Virus record (IMG/VR): IMGVR_UViG_3300032665_000003
Direction: 5' to 3' (one strand)
Source: a virus
Lineage: Duplodnaviria > Heunggongvirae > Uroviricota > Caudoviricetes
Length of the DNA: 64,000 nt
Position numbers and translations under genes: made by a program. Positions 1 to 8,925 of the stretch are shown piece after piece (position 1 is the stretch's first letter; each line of letters begins with the position of its first letter). The notes under the pieces were generated by a model, which saw nothing but the letters and a program-made list of their open reading frames with translations, did not search any database and was not told the origin of the DNA.

Positions 1-493
1 ACCTAAAAAATCCAAACCTATCCGAAGCACCCGCATAAGATCCAAACTGGTCTGTAAAGAATGTGGCACTATTTTTTCGGTGACGCCATGTGAATCGACT
101 AGGAAATACTGTTCCGTTGCATGTAGCAATAAGAACAAATATCATCCCAATTCTACACGAAAGAAAACATGCATTTACCGCGGGCACAAGATGGATTCTG
201 GAGCAGAGTATCAATTTGCGCTTTTACTCGATAAACACCAAATACAGTGGATCAAAAACACCACTACTTATTTCTCATTCACCGATTCTGCAGGCAAAAC
301 AAGGAAATATTATCCGGATTTCTATCTAAAGGACTACGATCACTGGGTAGAAATTAAAGGAGAGAGATACATTCGAGAAGATGACGACTTACGCTTAGCA
401 GCGGTAGGAAATATTGAACGAATAATGAGCAAAGATATTCGTCTTCCTAGGTGTGTTACTTCGACCACACCTAGCAGACCCATGAGCCATTGA
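1..493 (+). CDS. Zn-ribbon plus PD-(D/E)XK-like nuclease-domain protein; the reading frame is open from the window edge, so the N-terminus lies outside the window
   Basis: Frame 2 is open from nt 2 onward. Contains the Cys pairs CKECG..CSVAC and the motif YYPDFYL..WVEIKG (P-D..E-x-K), which resembles the 55654..56088 protein. Confidence 0.35.
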   Translation, partial: PKKSKPIRSTRIRSKLVCKECGTIFSVTPCESTRKYCSVACSNKNKYHPNSTRKKTCIYRGHKMDSGAEYQFALLLDKHQIQWIKNTTTYFSFTDSAGKTRKYYPDFYLKDYDHWVEIKGERYIREDDDLRLAAVGNIERIMSKDIRLPRCVTSTTPSRPMSH

Positions 494-545
494 ATATTCA
501 ATTTATTCTAATACAATTCAGGTGTCAATTGAATTGGGCAAAAGT

Positions 546-620
546 GGAAGCAGTGATGGGACTCGCACCCACGATAGACAGAATATGAATCTGTTGCATT
601 GGCTACTATGCTACACTGCT
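546..620 (-). tRNA. tRNA with anticodon CAT (Met or lysidine-modified Ile2)
   Basis: Reverse complement folds with acceptor AGCAGTG/CACTGCT, anticodon stem ACAGA/TCTGT, loop TTCATAT, a T-arm with a TGCGAGT loop, and an encoded CCA. Confidence 0.55.
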
Positions 621-629
621 ATAATTTAA

Positions 630-716
630 TGGAGGACGTAGTAGGATTCGAACCTACGATGCGCTAAGCGTCCGGATTAAGAGCCAGGTGTATTCGACCA
701 CTATACTAATACGTCC
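630..716 (-). tRNA. tRNA with a long type-II-like variable arm; best fold gives anticodon loop CTCTTAA (CTT), so its identity is ambiguous
   Basis: Acceptor GGACGTA/TACGTCC, T-arm GTAGG-TTCGAAT-CCTAC, encoded CCA, a variable region of about 14 nt with a CGC-TTA-GCG hairpin, and one mismatch in the anticodon stem. Confidence 0.45.
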
Positions 717-1052
717 AAATTATATTTTTATATTATATCGATAGATGACCAATGTCAACTACCTAACGGTTAATTATCGAATAAGTGTCTTAATAAAAGT
801 AGCAATCAGATACCCGAAGTCAACTAATTAATCGAAAAAATTACCTTCGACCCAATTCCATTGGGAATCCGAAATCTTCTGCCAAACCCCAGAACCAAGC
901 GGAAAATGACGATTAGCCATCAACATCGCTTCGTTGTGCGTATTCGCATTAAAGACCTTAGAGTTACCAAAGGCCCGAAAAACAAAACTATTCATGGTTT
1001 GTTCCGTTTGCTGAATCTCTATGATTCATATTAGCAAATCAGAGACGTGATG

Positions 1053-1370
1053 TCAACCGATATTAGCCATTTTCTTTTGTGTGAGTTTTCGGTGTTCTTC
1101 TTCGGTCATGTTTTGGTCGTTTAGATACCAATACCGAGCTCCGTTCGCATATTCACACGCAGGACCATCTTCTCGATGACGTTGTCCGTTAAGATACCAA
1201 TGCCGATCGCCGTTCGCATATTCAATAGCAGGGCCGTCTTCTCGGTGACGTTGCCCGTTAAGATACCAATGCCGATCGCCGTATGCGCCCAAATCAATAG
1301 TATACCCCTTAAGAATATACCACATCATTTGTTCGTCAGATATAGGCGGTAGCATATGGATCGGTCCCAA
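1053..1370 (-). CDS. MORN-repeat protein (repeats YxNGxxHREDGPAxEY)
   Basis: Three tandem repeats of WYLNGQRHREDGPAIEYANGDRH. The N-terminus MLPPISDEQMMW is shared with the ORFs at 9514..10120. Confidence 0.55.
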   Translation of the reverse strand: MGPIHMLPPISDEQMMWYILKGYTIDLGAYGDRHWYLNGQRHREDGPAIEYANGDRHWYLNGQRHREDGPACEYANGARYWYLNDQNMTEEEHRKLTQKKMANIG

Positions 1371-1412
1371 TTTCTATATCTATAACGTAGAGATATAGGA
1401 ACCATAAGTCAA

Positions 1413-1637
1413 CTAGTTTATCATGCAAGCCTTGAGCATTTCCTCAGAGAAGCCCGTAGCCAGAATCATTTCCTTCAGCATCTTACTCTTACGGGTCGCA
1501 TGCTCTACAATTTCAGGGTCAGACATGGTTCCGCATGAGAGATCGGCAAATCCAAAAAGCTCTATGGCAAGGGCTTCCATAGGGAATTCCATACGGTCGC
1601 GATACTGTTCAGTGTCCTTAGACATCTCTATCTCCAT
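1413..1637 (-). CDS. hypothetical small protein (74 aa) driven by repeated promoter cassette copy 1
   Basis: ORF track, with the canonical promoter and RBS GGAAATGGAG immediately upstream. Confidence 0.4.
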   Translation of the reverse strand: MEIEMSKDTEQYRDRMEFPMEALAIELFGFADLSCGTMSDPEIVEHATRKSKMLKEMILATGFSEEMLKACMIN

Positions 1638-1649
1638 TTCCTATAATTA

Positions 1650-1678
1650 AATATAGTCTTTTGCTGAAAATAAGTCAA
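1650..1678 (-). promoter_or_regulatory. sigma70-like early promoter TTGACT-N17-TATATT (copy 1 of 3)
   Basis: Minus-strand reading GTTGACTTATTTTCAGCAAAAGACTATATTTAATTATAGGAAATGGAG, followed by ATG. Confidence 0.5.
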
Positions 1679-1684
1679 CGGGGT

Positions 1685-1864
1685 TTAGCGTTCTTCAAGC
1701 TTAATGCCATATGTACGACAGTCCTTGATAGCAGCCGTTTTAGTAGGATATCGGCCGAAGGGCGAACAATTTTCCTTCCAAACGACCCAGCGAGGAGTGC
1801 CCCAGTTGTTTTCCTTACTTACAAAATAGGTCTTATAGGTTTTACGCGCCATCTTGATCTCCAT
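1685..1864 (-). CDS. hypothetical 59-aa protein, below the ORF-track length cutoff, behind promoter copy 2
   Basis: Manual translation MEIKMARKTYKTYFVSKENNWGTPRWVVWKENCSPFGRYPTKTAAIKDCRTYGIKLEER. It has the same leader as its neighbours. Confidence 0.35.
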   Translation of the reverse strand: MEIKMARKTYKTYFVSKENNWGTPRWVVWKENCSPFGRYPTKTAAIKDCRTYGIKLEER

Positions 1865-1876
1865 TTCCTATAATTA

Positions 1877-1905
1877 AATATAGTCTTTTACTGAAAAGAA
1901 GTCAA
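1877..1905 (-). promoter_or_regulatory. sigma70-like early promoter TTGACT-N17-TATATT (copy 2 of 3)
   Basis: Near-identical 50-nt cassette: CTCCATTTCCTATAATTAAATATAGTCTTTT[A/G]CTGAAAA[G/T]AAGTCAAC. Confidence 0.5.
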
Positions 1906-1912
1906 CTGGTTT

Positions 1913-2182
1913 TTAAAACCACATAGTACGTTCGATATACTCTGTCTGGCCAGCATCAACCAGCTTGTAGGTTTGAAACGAAGCCTTGGTCAAGTTGCAG
2001 TCTTCGAGACACTTTTCAGCGGACGCCGGCTCATCAAAAGACCAAATCAAAGACCAGTTATTATCAGGGTCGATACCGCGGAGCCGGTACTCCGCCTTAT
2101 GCGCAGCAGGAAGTTCTTCGTGACGGATAATACGGTAACGTCCAACTCGTTCTTGATACGTCTCAGGCATTTCGCTCTCCAT
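1913..2182 (-). CDS. hypothetical protein (89 aa) behind promoter copy 3
   Basis: ORF track plus the same promoter/RBS leader. Confidence 0.4.
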   Translation of the reverse strand: MESEMPETYQERVGRYRIIRHEELPAAHKAEYRLRGIDPDNNWSLIWSFDEPASAEKCLEDCNLTKASFQTYKLVDAGQTEYIERTMWF

Positions 2183-2194
2183 TTCCTATAATTA

Positions 2195-2223
2195 AATATA
2201 AGCTTTTTAGGAAAATAAGTCAA
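2195..2223 (-). promoter_or_regulatory. sigma70-like early promoter TTGACT-N17-TATATT (copy 3 of 3)
   Basis: TTGACTTATTTTCCTAAAAAGCTTATATT on the minus strand, with 17-nt spacing. Confidence 0.5.
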
Positions 2224-2232
2224 CTAAAAATC

Positions 2233-3624
2233 TTAATATTCTTCTTTAGGTACTGGTTTTTTGTAGCTTTGCAGATGCTTGATGATCTTCTTAACATAAG
2301 TTTGCCATACCTTAATAAACCGCTTTTCTTGATTAGTTGGGTTTGGTTTTTGCATAGCTTCTTTGGCGGTTTGTTCTATAGACGCCATCGTATAAAAATT
2401 TTTAGGGAAATACCCATATCGAATATTATCAATCTCATTGTCTACAAACTGATTTATCTCTCGCTGTCGATCAATGTCTGAATAGCTATAGCTTCTCCAT
2501 GTTGATAAATTTGACAACATTTCCATATAAAGTTCACTTGCGGCGTGGGCGGCGTGCGCTTCAATCTCATTAACTGATCCTAAATATGCTGACCATCGAT
2601 TTAGATTGTTTTCAAATCTATCAACATCTTGCACCGGATTACCGCGTTTTCCACCGCGATATTTTCTGTATTTGGCATCTGCGTTCTTAACATCAGATCC
2701 TTTGGTGCTATTCGGATCAAGAATCGTTATCTTAGGGCGAGGCTGGTCTGGGTTAGGCAACATAGTATGATCTGTTCGATTGACACCGTATGGTTCCCCT
2801 CTAAGTTCTGCCTGTTGTTTGTTAATTCTTAAACGTGCATCCTGTTCTAAGTGAACAACTTCATGCACATAAGTATGTAGTATATCCTTTAAAAACTTTG
2901 GGATTGGATTGGAGATACTGCTTTCACCATATCTATCTTCTGTTTCTAGTTGCTGTAGTCTATTGGTCAGCACTTCCCATAATTTCTTTTCGCTAGTGTA
3001 CACATTAACATGCACAGCTAAATCATTCCACCAATCGATGGTTTGCCCATATCTGCTTTGTATTTTGTTTTTTGAAGGATAGGCTTGATAGTAACCTCCG
3101 CCTGTCTTTGGTTCTCCGGTACGAGCGTTGGCCCCTTTAGTATCCAACTGAACAATTATGTGTTCTAACCAATATAGATTTTGTTTGGTTCGGGTATCCC
3201 AATTGATGTCCTTCTGAGAAGGATCTTTAGTCATGATTTTACCAAATTGAGTCTCAATGTAATCACGAGCCACATTCTGTAAATCTAATTCCAAAGTGTG
3301 TTTAAAATCTTCGACAATTTCTTTGTTAGGTTCACTAGTGTAGGAGTCGCGCTCTACGTCGCCCCACAAATCCATAGTCTGATTTTGCAAAGGTTCAACT
3401 AGTTTTTCTTCTTCTTGCCACGGTAGCTGTTGTTCACGAATGTCTGCAATTTTCTTATCATTTGATTCCATTCGAGCAATGATGTTTTCTACACCTATAG
3501 CATGATAGATTCTGTTGCGATTTTCTTTTACGAACTTATCAATCTCTTTACGCAACAAAGTATACGCAGTGTCAGTCAATACACTGGTTTGGTTAATGGC
3601 TTCAACTAATTCTGTAATACGCAT
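2233..3624 (-). CDS. hypothetical 463-aa protein with an HExxH motif (HEVVH); possible zincin-like metallopeptidase
   Basis: ORF track. Motif LHTYVHEVVHLEQ. No family recognised with confidence. Confidence 0.4.
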   Translation of the reverse strand: MRITELVEAINQTSVLTDTAYTLLRKEIDKFVKENRNRIYHAIGVENIIARMESNDKKIADIREQQLPWQEEEKLVEPLQNQTMDLWGDVERDSYTSEPNKEIVEDFKHTLELDLQNVARDYIETQFGKIMTKDPSQKDINWDTRTKQNLYWLEHIIVQLDTKGANARTGEPKTGGGYYQAYPSKNKIQSRYGQTIDWWNDLAVHVNVYTSEKKLWEVLTNRLQQLETEDRYGESSISNPIPKFLKDILHTYVHEVVHLEQDARLRINKQQAELRGEPYGVNRTDHTMLPNPDQPRPKITILDPNSTKGSDVKNADAKYRKYRGGKRGNPVQDVDRFENNLNRWSAYLGSVNEIEAHAAHAASELYMEMLSNLSTWRSYSYSDIDRQREINQFVDNEIDNIRYGYFPKNFYTMASIEQTAKEAMQKPNPTNQEKRFIKVWQTYVKKIIKHLQSYKKPVPKEEY

Positions 3625-3635
3625 GTATGTATTTA

Positions 3636-3643
3636 TATAAATA
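3636..3643 (+). promoter_or_regulatory. T4-type late promoter motif TATAAATA
   Basis: TATAAATA lies about 20 nt upstream of the ATG at 3664. The same 8-mer also precedes the ATGs at 12860 and 21538. Confidence 0.4.
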
Positions 3644-3663
3644 TCAAAGAGTTAGGATACATT

Positions 3664-4524
3664 ATGGATTGGGTAAAATACGGGTTTGGACCAGACTATC
3701 TACCACATGACCCAAAGCTACCGTTTTATATTAACTACAACAATGCTATTCCAACTACTGACAAAACACCATTAGAAATATCTAAAGAGGCCATTGAACG
3801 TATATCTAGTAAGTACCCTGCACCTTATACCTTGATGTGCAGCGGCGGTGTAGATAGTCAAGCGATGATTTTAGCCTGGAAGCACAGCGGTGTACCTTTC
3901 AGAATCGTTTCAGCTAGATACAATGACAATATGAATGATTATGATTTAGTTGAGTTAAATGCATTAGCAGAACGTGAGGGGCTTTCGGTCGACTACCTAG
4001 ACATCGATGTTATTGATTTTCATGAAAATCATTTACAAGAATGGGCTAAGACTTATAACTGCACCACACCACACATTCTCACACACATGTATATTGCAAG
4101 CAAGATTACCGAAGGTACTGTCGTGTCTAGCGGAAATTATGTTTTATCTATCGGAAAATTCGGAGCGATCAATTATGGACAATTTGGGTTGCAGAGATAT
4201 TCTGAGATTTCCAAACAACCGATGGTTCCTTATTTTTGGATGCACGACCAATATCTGATGCCGGTTTTTGAGATTATACGTCGGCAGCAAGGAATTGAAT
4301 ATGAACAATTAGAGAAAGACGGATATCACTATAAATGTCTATTATTTCAATTGGCCGGGTTTGACGTTATACCGCAACCTCGTAAATATAATGGATTCGA
4401 AAAACTAAAAGAACATTACGATTCGGTTACGCTTAAATATACTGATATCCTAAAGGCTGCTAAAAACCGAAAAGACAGCAGAGATGCTCTTGTCTGCTAT
4501 AATATCTTCCTTAACTTCAGTTAA
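3664..4524 (+). CDS. PP-loop (SGGxDS) ATP-pyrophosphatase superfamily protein; function unknown (QueC-, MnmA- or TilS-like fold)
   Basis: Motif LMCSGGVDSQAMI. Divergent paralogue of the 4600..5580 protein. Confidence 0.5.
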   Translation: MDWVKYGFGPDYLPHDPKLPFYINYNNAIPTTDKTPLEISKEAIERISSKYPAPYTLMCSGGVDSQAMILAWKHSGVPFRIVSARYNDNMNDYDLVELNALAEREGLSVDYLDIDVIDFHENHLQEWAKTYNCTTPHILTHMYIASKITEGTVVSSGNYVLSIGKFGAINYGQFGLQRYSEISKQPMVPYFWMHDQYLMPVFEIIRRQQGIEYEQLEKDGYHYKCLLFQLAGFDVIPQPRKYNGFEKLKEHYDSVTLKYTDILKAAKNRKDSRDALVCYNIFLNFS

Positions 4525-4599
4525 TTTTTCACGCAACGCTTGCATAAACGACATATTTCTGACCTTCATTACTATTCTTATTTATCATTACCGGTATGT

Positions 4600-5580
4600 C
4601 TACAAAGTTTTGCGGCGAAGTAACCCGATTAGATTTGTCATACCATAATTATCATTTGAGCCAGGCCCTATCTCTAAAAGGTTTCCTATGGACATATTCC
4701 AGTTAATAATACTTTTTGTGTGTTTGGAGTTAGTCACACGAGAATTTATAACGGGCTGTATAGTATCTAACCATAAATTGGATCTCTTTACGAATTCCCA
4801 GCCGTCGCTTCTATGCCTGGCTTCCAGTTTACCAAAACCTAAATTTTCTAATAACTGTAGCTTGAATTGACCTATGGCCAGGTAATCCCCGTTAATAGAA
4901 TGTTTCTTGCGCAGGCTCAGGTGTTCCTTAATAAAGAACATGTTAGATTCCAAACTGTGACTTATCATGTTGCCTATACCAGGGATGCTTTGTTCTCTCA
5001 TGAACACATCAAACATCGCAAATTCATACCGGTGTGGACTATATACCTTTTCCTGTGGCCAAGTGTAATCTCCGCCTATGATAGGAAATGAATGGCATTG
5101 CTCAACTAACCACATTTGAGTAGGAGTGTTTGGTTCTAACAAATTATATGGTTCCATATACTTTGTATGATCACCATTACCAAAGAAACTGTCAAGGTTT
5201 AAATCAAAATGATATTGCTTGACTCCATGATTTCTGCAAAATTTTTCAGAGTAGTATAGATCATGGACGTTTATAGGGTTTCCCCTAAACAACAAGCGCA
5301 TTGATACTGCAACAACTGGAATATTGTTTTGCAAACATCCTACGATAGCGCTCTCGCTATCTAATCCGCCGCTATACAAAACTTCAACTGGAAGAAGTGC
5401 CGATTTCAAATGCTCAGTGTATGCTTCCTGCACAGTATTGTACGTTACAGTTTCAACGTCACGAAGTTCCATAGTGAATGTGTTGGTAGGGCCTTCGTCT
5501 AATGTTAACTTTCGATAATCATTGTGCCCAGTGTACCAAACCTTAGTCACCGAACTTATAACCCCTCGCGTCAACATCAC
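4600..5580 (-). CDS. PP-loop (SGGxDS) ATP-pyrophosphatase superfamily protein, paralogue of 3664..4524
   Basis: Motif VLYSGGLDSESAIVGC. The two genes are convergent. Confidence 0.5.
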   Translation of the reverse strand: MMLTRGVISSVTKVWYTGHNDYRKLTLDEGPTNTFTMELRDVETVTYNTVQEAYTEHLKSALLPVEVLYSGGLDSESAIVGCLQNNIPVVAVSMRLLFRGNPINVHDLYYSEKFCRNHGVKQYHFDLNLDSFFGNGDHTKYMEPYNLLEPNTPTQMWLVEQCHSFPIIGGDYTWPQEKVYSPHRYEFAMFDVFMREQSIPGIGNMISHSLESNMFFIKEHLSLRKKHSINGDYLAIGQFKLQLLENLGFGKLEARHRSDGWEFVKRSNLWLDTIQPVINSRVTNSKHTKSIINWNMSIGNLLEIGPGSNDNYGMTNLIGLLRRKTL

Positions 5581-5827
5581 AGTGCAAGAACACTTTTTCT
5601 ATTAATTCTTGCAGCACTAATCTATTTTGGTCTGCTGCTATAATATTTAGTGGGTCAGACCGATACCCGGGCCATGAGCCACCAGGCTTTTTTGATTTTA
5701 GGCCCACAGTCGGTGCAAAATCAATGTCTGTGGTTTCATTGCTATGAAACGGAATAGTCTTTGCTAGATTCACCCAATAATACGGATCAGCTAACGCATC
5801 ATCAATAACTACTATATCTTTTAACAT
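5543..5827 (-). CDS. hypothetical protein (94 aa)
   Basis: ORF track only. Overlaps the start of the upstream gene. Confidence 0.3.
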   Translation of the reverse strand: MLKDIVVIDDALADPYYWVNLAKTIPFHSNETTDIDFAPTVGLKSKKPGGSWPGYRSDPLNIIAADQNRLVLQELIEKVFLHCDVDARGYKFGD

Positions 5828-5929
5828 GTAAACCCTTTGATAGTGTCAATTATACAACACTTATATATTCAACACAATCAATTTGGGTGACTTTGGTGAA
5901 CCCTCTGGGACTCGAACTCATCTAGTTTA

Positions 5930-5957
5930 CTAGACAGTCTGCTAGCAGACTGTCTAG
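5930..5957. repeat. 28-nt perfect palindrome CTAGACAGTCTGCTAGCAGACTGTCTAG inside the tRNA cluster
   Basis: Direct reading. It sits next to a T-loop-like sequence (GAGTTCGAGTCC, ...TTCACCA on the minus strand) that does not fold into a canonical tRNA. Confidence 0.6.
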
Positions 5958-5967
5958 TAATAAAATT

Positions 5968-6042
5968 TGGAGGATCCTCTCGGGATCGAACCGAGGACCA
6001 GCGGGTTAAAGGCCCGCTGCTCTACCGCTGAGCTAAGGATCC
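5968..6042 (-). tRNA. tRNA-Lys (TTT)
   Basis: GGATCCT/AGGATCC acceptor, GCTC..GAGC D-stem, anticodon arm GCGGG-CCTTTAA-CCCGC, T-arm CTCGG-TTCGATC-CCGAG, CCA encoded. Confidence 0.8.
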
Positions 6043-6102
6043 GTATCTGTATGATTCATAGTAGCAAACAGTGTGCTGCGTGTCAACCGATTTTATTAAA
6101 AA

Positions 6103-6194
6103 TGGCGGAGAGACAGGGATTCGAACCCTGGGTACCTATTTCTAGGTACGATGGTTTAGCAAACCACTCCCTTCGGCCTCTCGGGCACCTCTCC
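6103..6194 (-). tRNA. tRNA-Ser (GCT), type II
   Basis: Anticodon arm GTGGT-TTGCTAA-ACCAT, long variable hairpin CGTACCTAGAAATAGGTAC, T-arm with GTTCGAATCC, CCA encoded. Confidence 0.75.
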
Positions 6195-6204
6195 GTAATA
6201 GTAT

Positions 6205-6588
6205 TTATATACCTAAATGCTTCTTCGCATTTTCAATGTAACCGATGATTCTGTCTTTACCAGCCGGATTCATAGAATGTACTATGTACTTTGGAAATTT
6301 CTTTCCGTGATCCGTGCAGTAATCGACCAACCATTTGGCACAATCGTATCCGGTCTTTTCATCACCGTAGGCCGCGTCATGACCTTCAGATTCAGCCAAC
6401 ATAGCAGCATAGTGTTCATCTGCAAGGTCGTGATCAAAACAGACAAATTCAGGAACGCCATGCAACGAAATATGCTTAATGAATTGATCATAGTTACGAA
6501 GAATGTAGGTCAATTCATCGCGAGGGAACGATTCCCAGGTAACTTGATCTGGCATTCGAACATCATCTAGAAACAGTAGGTATGACAT
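6205..6588 (-). CDS. hypothetical protein (127 aa)
   Basis: ORF track. Confidence 0.4.
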   Translation of the reverse strand: MSYLLFLDDVRMPDQVTWESFPRDELTYILRNYDQFIKHISLHGVPEFVCFDHDLADEHYAAMLAESEGHDAAYGDEKTGYDCAKWLVDYCTDHGKKFPKYIVHSMNPAGKDRIIGYIENAKKHLGI

Positions 6589-6599
6589 TGGACTTTTCT

Positions 6600-6998
6600 T
6601 TAATCTTTATATTTTGAATTAAACTTCATGTGACCAGCAATAGCGGCTGCGCAAGGAAACTTCTCACCTATTTCAAATTGGTATCCGTTAAGTGAAAACG
6701 GTTTCATTACTCTATCTCCATTCCACCAATGACGCTCTGTTTTTATATAGCCGTTATCTTCCAGATGTTCTCTAAGTTCAGTGAATATAGGATGATCTTT
6801 ATGCGAATAACTTCTAACAGTTATGTGTTCATCTTTAAGAATTTTGATGAGATCCTCAGCCGTAGGCTCGTCTGGATTTTCTAAATTGCTTCTAACGTCT
6901 CGTACCGATACATGAGTTAGATACTGTTCTTCTATAAAGAATTCCACGCTAAACCCGATGCATGATTTGTACGATAAGCAACACAACATCACGGGCAA
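6600..6998 (-). CDS. hypothetical protein (132 aa)
   Basis: ORF track. Confidence 0.4.
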   Translation of the reverse strand: MPVMLCCLSYKSCIGFSVEFFIEEQYLTHVSVRDVRSNLENPDEPTAEDLIKILKDEHITVRSYSHKDHPIFTELREHLEDNGYIKTERHWWNGDRVMKPFSLNGYQFEIGEKFPCAAAIAGHMKFNSKYKD

Positions 6999-7388
6999 AA
7001 ATTCCCGTCCACAGGGCGGCCAGAAGCCAGTGCCAATCCTTCCAATTAGCTAGAAGAACCGGAATTGACAACCAACCAAATAAAATGGTGCCTGGCAGTA
7101 GAATTAGTAGTTCTATGATTTCCCAAAAGGTAATATGCATGTTACATGCATATTACTTATTGAGAACAAAGTCAATATTAATTATGCGTAGGAGCCGATA
7201 ATTTTCGCTACAAGTTCTAAAACAAGTTCATTGAACTCATTATAAATCTTAGCCGAATGACCATATCTGTGATGGCGACCAGATGCAAAATCTACGGCTT
7301 CATTGTATGAATTGAAGAACAATGTTGCTACGACTAGCTCTCCGTTTTCCCAACCACGGATTTTAACTGAATGTTTCTTGTGCATGTG

Positions 7389-8444
7389 CTATCCTTTAAA
7401 TATCTTTGACCAAATCTTAGCAGTCTTGTCTGTGTATTTAGTCAAGCTATGCTGATTACATGCTACATTGAGCCATGGCATTTCGTAAGCAAACTCTAAT
7501 TCAGTTTTAATTAGTCTGCTTTCTGTTGGATCAGTTTTACCGAACACCATCCACGGAATCTCTTTACTACCAATCAAAGGAACACCTTGGCTTATTAAAT
7601 CAGCTCCTACGATATTGAAGGTTTCACTAAAATTGCACTGCATACCAATGTCCATTTTAGAACAAGTCACGAGAAATTCCTCGCGAGGTGCCCATGCATG
7701 ATTAACTAATCTATGTCCACGATCATATAAATGCGCAAAGAAACTTTCTAAATTGTGTGCTACCGGTTGCCCTTGCATTTCAATTCTGCCGGCATTTATG
7801 TGAAACTTGACTCTTTTTCCTATAGATTCAGCAAAATCCACCGCTGCTATTGCCTGAACCATATGATTCTTTAGTGGGCGGACAGCACCGAAACAACCCA
7901 CGTTCACGTAATATTGTTTGCGATCTATTTTCTTTGGTTTGGCGTATGTTTGTGGATAATAGTTAGGAAGATACAAAACCTTTTTATCAGTTTGCTCGTC
8001 TGTCCAATTATTCAGCGTCTTTAGAAAAAATTTAATTTCACGTAACATACGTGGCGCATTTACTGAAACTAACATATTCTTAATTTTAGAATATTCACCA
8101 ATCCAATTCAGCGCCATACCTTCACCGGACATAAAAGGCATTTCACTGTGAAGGCGCAATATCCATGTTACATTAGGATGTAACTTTTGTAGTATTTGAT
8201 ATTTTTCAGGAACTACCCAGAGTGCTTCTATGATCACATGGGTTGGTTTATGCTTTGCTACAAAGTGATCAATGCAGTTGTTATCGACTGCAACTTCCAT
8301 ATTGGATTCTATACCCATATCATTTAGCATCTGATTAACAAATGATGCTGAGTTATATAATCCCGTACTAAGTCCTATATGTCTACTATCTCTGTTTGCA
8401 TTATAGTCATCCTTGCGCTTTAGGATGAACAGTACTTTAGACAT
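7389..8444 (-). CDS. hypothetical protein (351 aa)
   Basis: ORF track; no motif recognised. Confidence 0.45.
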   Translation of the reverse strand: MSKVLFILKRKDDYNANRDSRHIGLSTGLYNSASFVNQMLNDMGIESNMEVAVDNNCIDHFVAKHKPTHVIIEALWVVPEKYQILQKLHPNVTWILRLHSEMPFMSGEGMALNWIGEYSKIKNMLVSVNAPRMLREIKFFLKTLNNWTDEQTDKKVLYLPNYYPQTYAKPKKIDRKQYYVNVGCFGAVRPLKNHMVQAIAAVDFAESIGKRVKFHINAGRIEMQGQPVAHNLESFFAHLYDRGHRLVNHAWAPREEFLVTCSKMDIGMQCNFSETFNIVGADLISQGVPLIGSKEIPWMVFGKTDPTESRLIKTELEFAYEMPWLNVACNQHSLTKYTDKTAKIWSKIFKG

Positions 8445-8459
8445 TGGGGCTCCTTAAAA

Positions 8460-8552
8460 TTGGCGGAAGCGGTGAGATTCGAACTCACGGAACGCTCATC
8501 ACGTTCGTCCGCTTTCAAGGCGGATGCCATAAACCAGACTCGACCACACTTC
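8460..8552 (-). tRNA. tRNA-Ser (TGA), type II
   Basis: Anticodon arm TCCGC-CTTGAAA-GCGGA, long variable arm, T-arm GTGAG-TTCGAAT-CTCAC, CCA encoded. Confidence 0.75.
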
Positions 8553-8559
8553 CGTATAA

Positions 8560-8736
8560 CTATTTATTTCTGTATTTGTTGATCCTAACAATTTCTGCAA
8601 CAGCGCCAATGATTCCAACGAAGCAACCTACTACGATAAACCATTTAGCAGTGTTCGGAGCATGATCCATAAAAATCGGGCCCCATTGAATTGCACACAA
8701 GGCATAGCCATACGCCGCCGCAGTAAAAATATTCAT
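8560..8736 (-). CDS. possible small membrane protein; the ORF-track start at 8796 overlaps tRNA-His, so an internal Met is more likely
   Basis: Hydrophobic 58-aa product MNIFTAAAYGYALCAIQWGP... Confidence 0.25.
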   Translation of the reverse strand: MNIFTAAAYGYALCAIQWGPIFMDHAPNTAKWFIVVGCFVGIIGAVAEIVRINKYRNK

Positions 8737-8752
8737 TTCAGATCCTATATAA

Positions 8753-8826
8753 TGGCACTGCCGGTAAGAATCGAACGTACGTGACTTGATCCACAATCAA
8801 GCGTTCTACCATTGAACTACGTCAGC
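8753..8826 (-). tRNA. tRNA-His (GTG), with acceptor-stem mismatches
   Basis: Anticodon arm CTTGA-TTGTGGA-TCAAG, D-arm GTTC-AATGGTA-GAAC, TTCGATT T-loop, CCA encoded. Confidence 0.6.
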
Positions 8827-8833
8827 ATGAATT

Positions 8834-8917
8834 GGTGCCTCATCTAGGTAACGATCCTAGCCAGTCAAAGACACCGGATTTACAGTCCGGACCCCGTCCT
8901 TAGAGGTATACTGAGGC
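8834..8917 (-). tRNA. tRNA-Tyr (GTA), type II
   Basis: Anticodon arm CCGGA-CTGTAAA-TCCGG, variable arm, T-arm CTAGG-ATCGTTA-CCTAG, CCA encoded. Confidence 0.7.
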
Positions 8918-8925
8918 GTTAAATA

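Noticed and set aside
1630-2232. CRISPR-like array (three near-identical 50-nt repeats)
   Set aside because: The spacers are 180-270 nt and contain ORFs. The repeat itself is a canonical sigma70 promoter plus RBS leading directly into ATG codons. There are no cas genes.
5922-5960. Palindrome as a rho-independent terminator
   Set aside because: There is no U-run on either strand after the hairpin; only an A-rich TAATAAAATTT follows on the plus strand.
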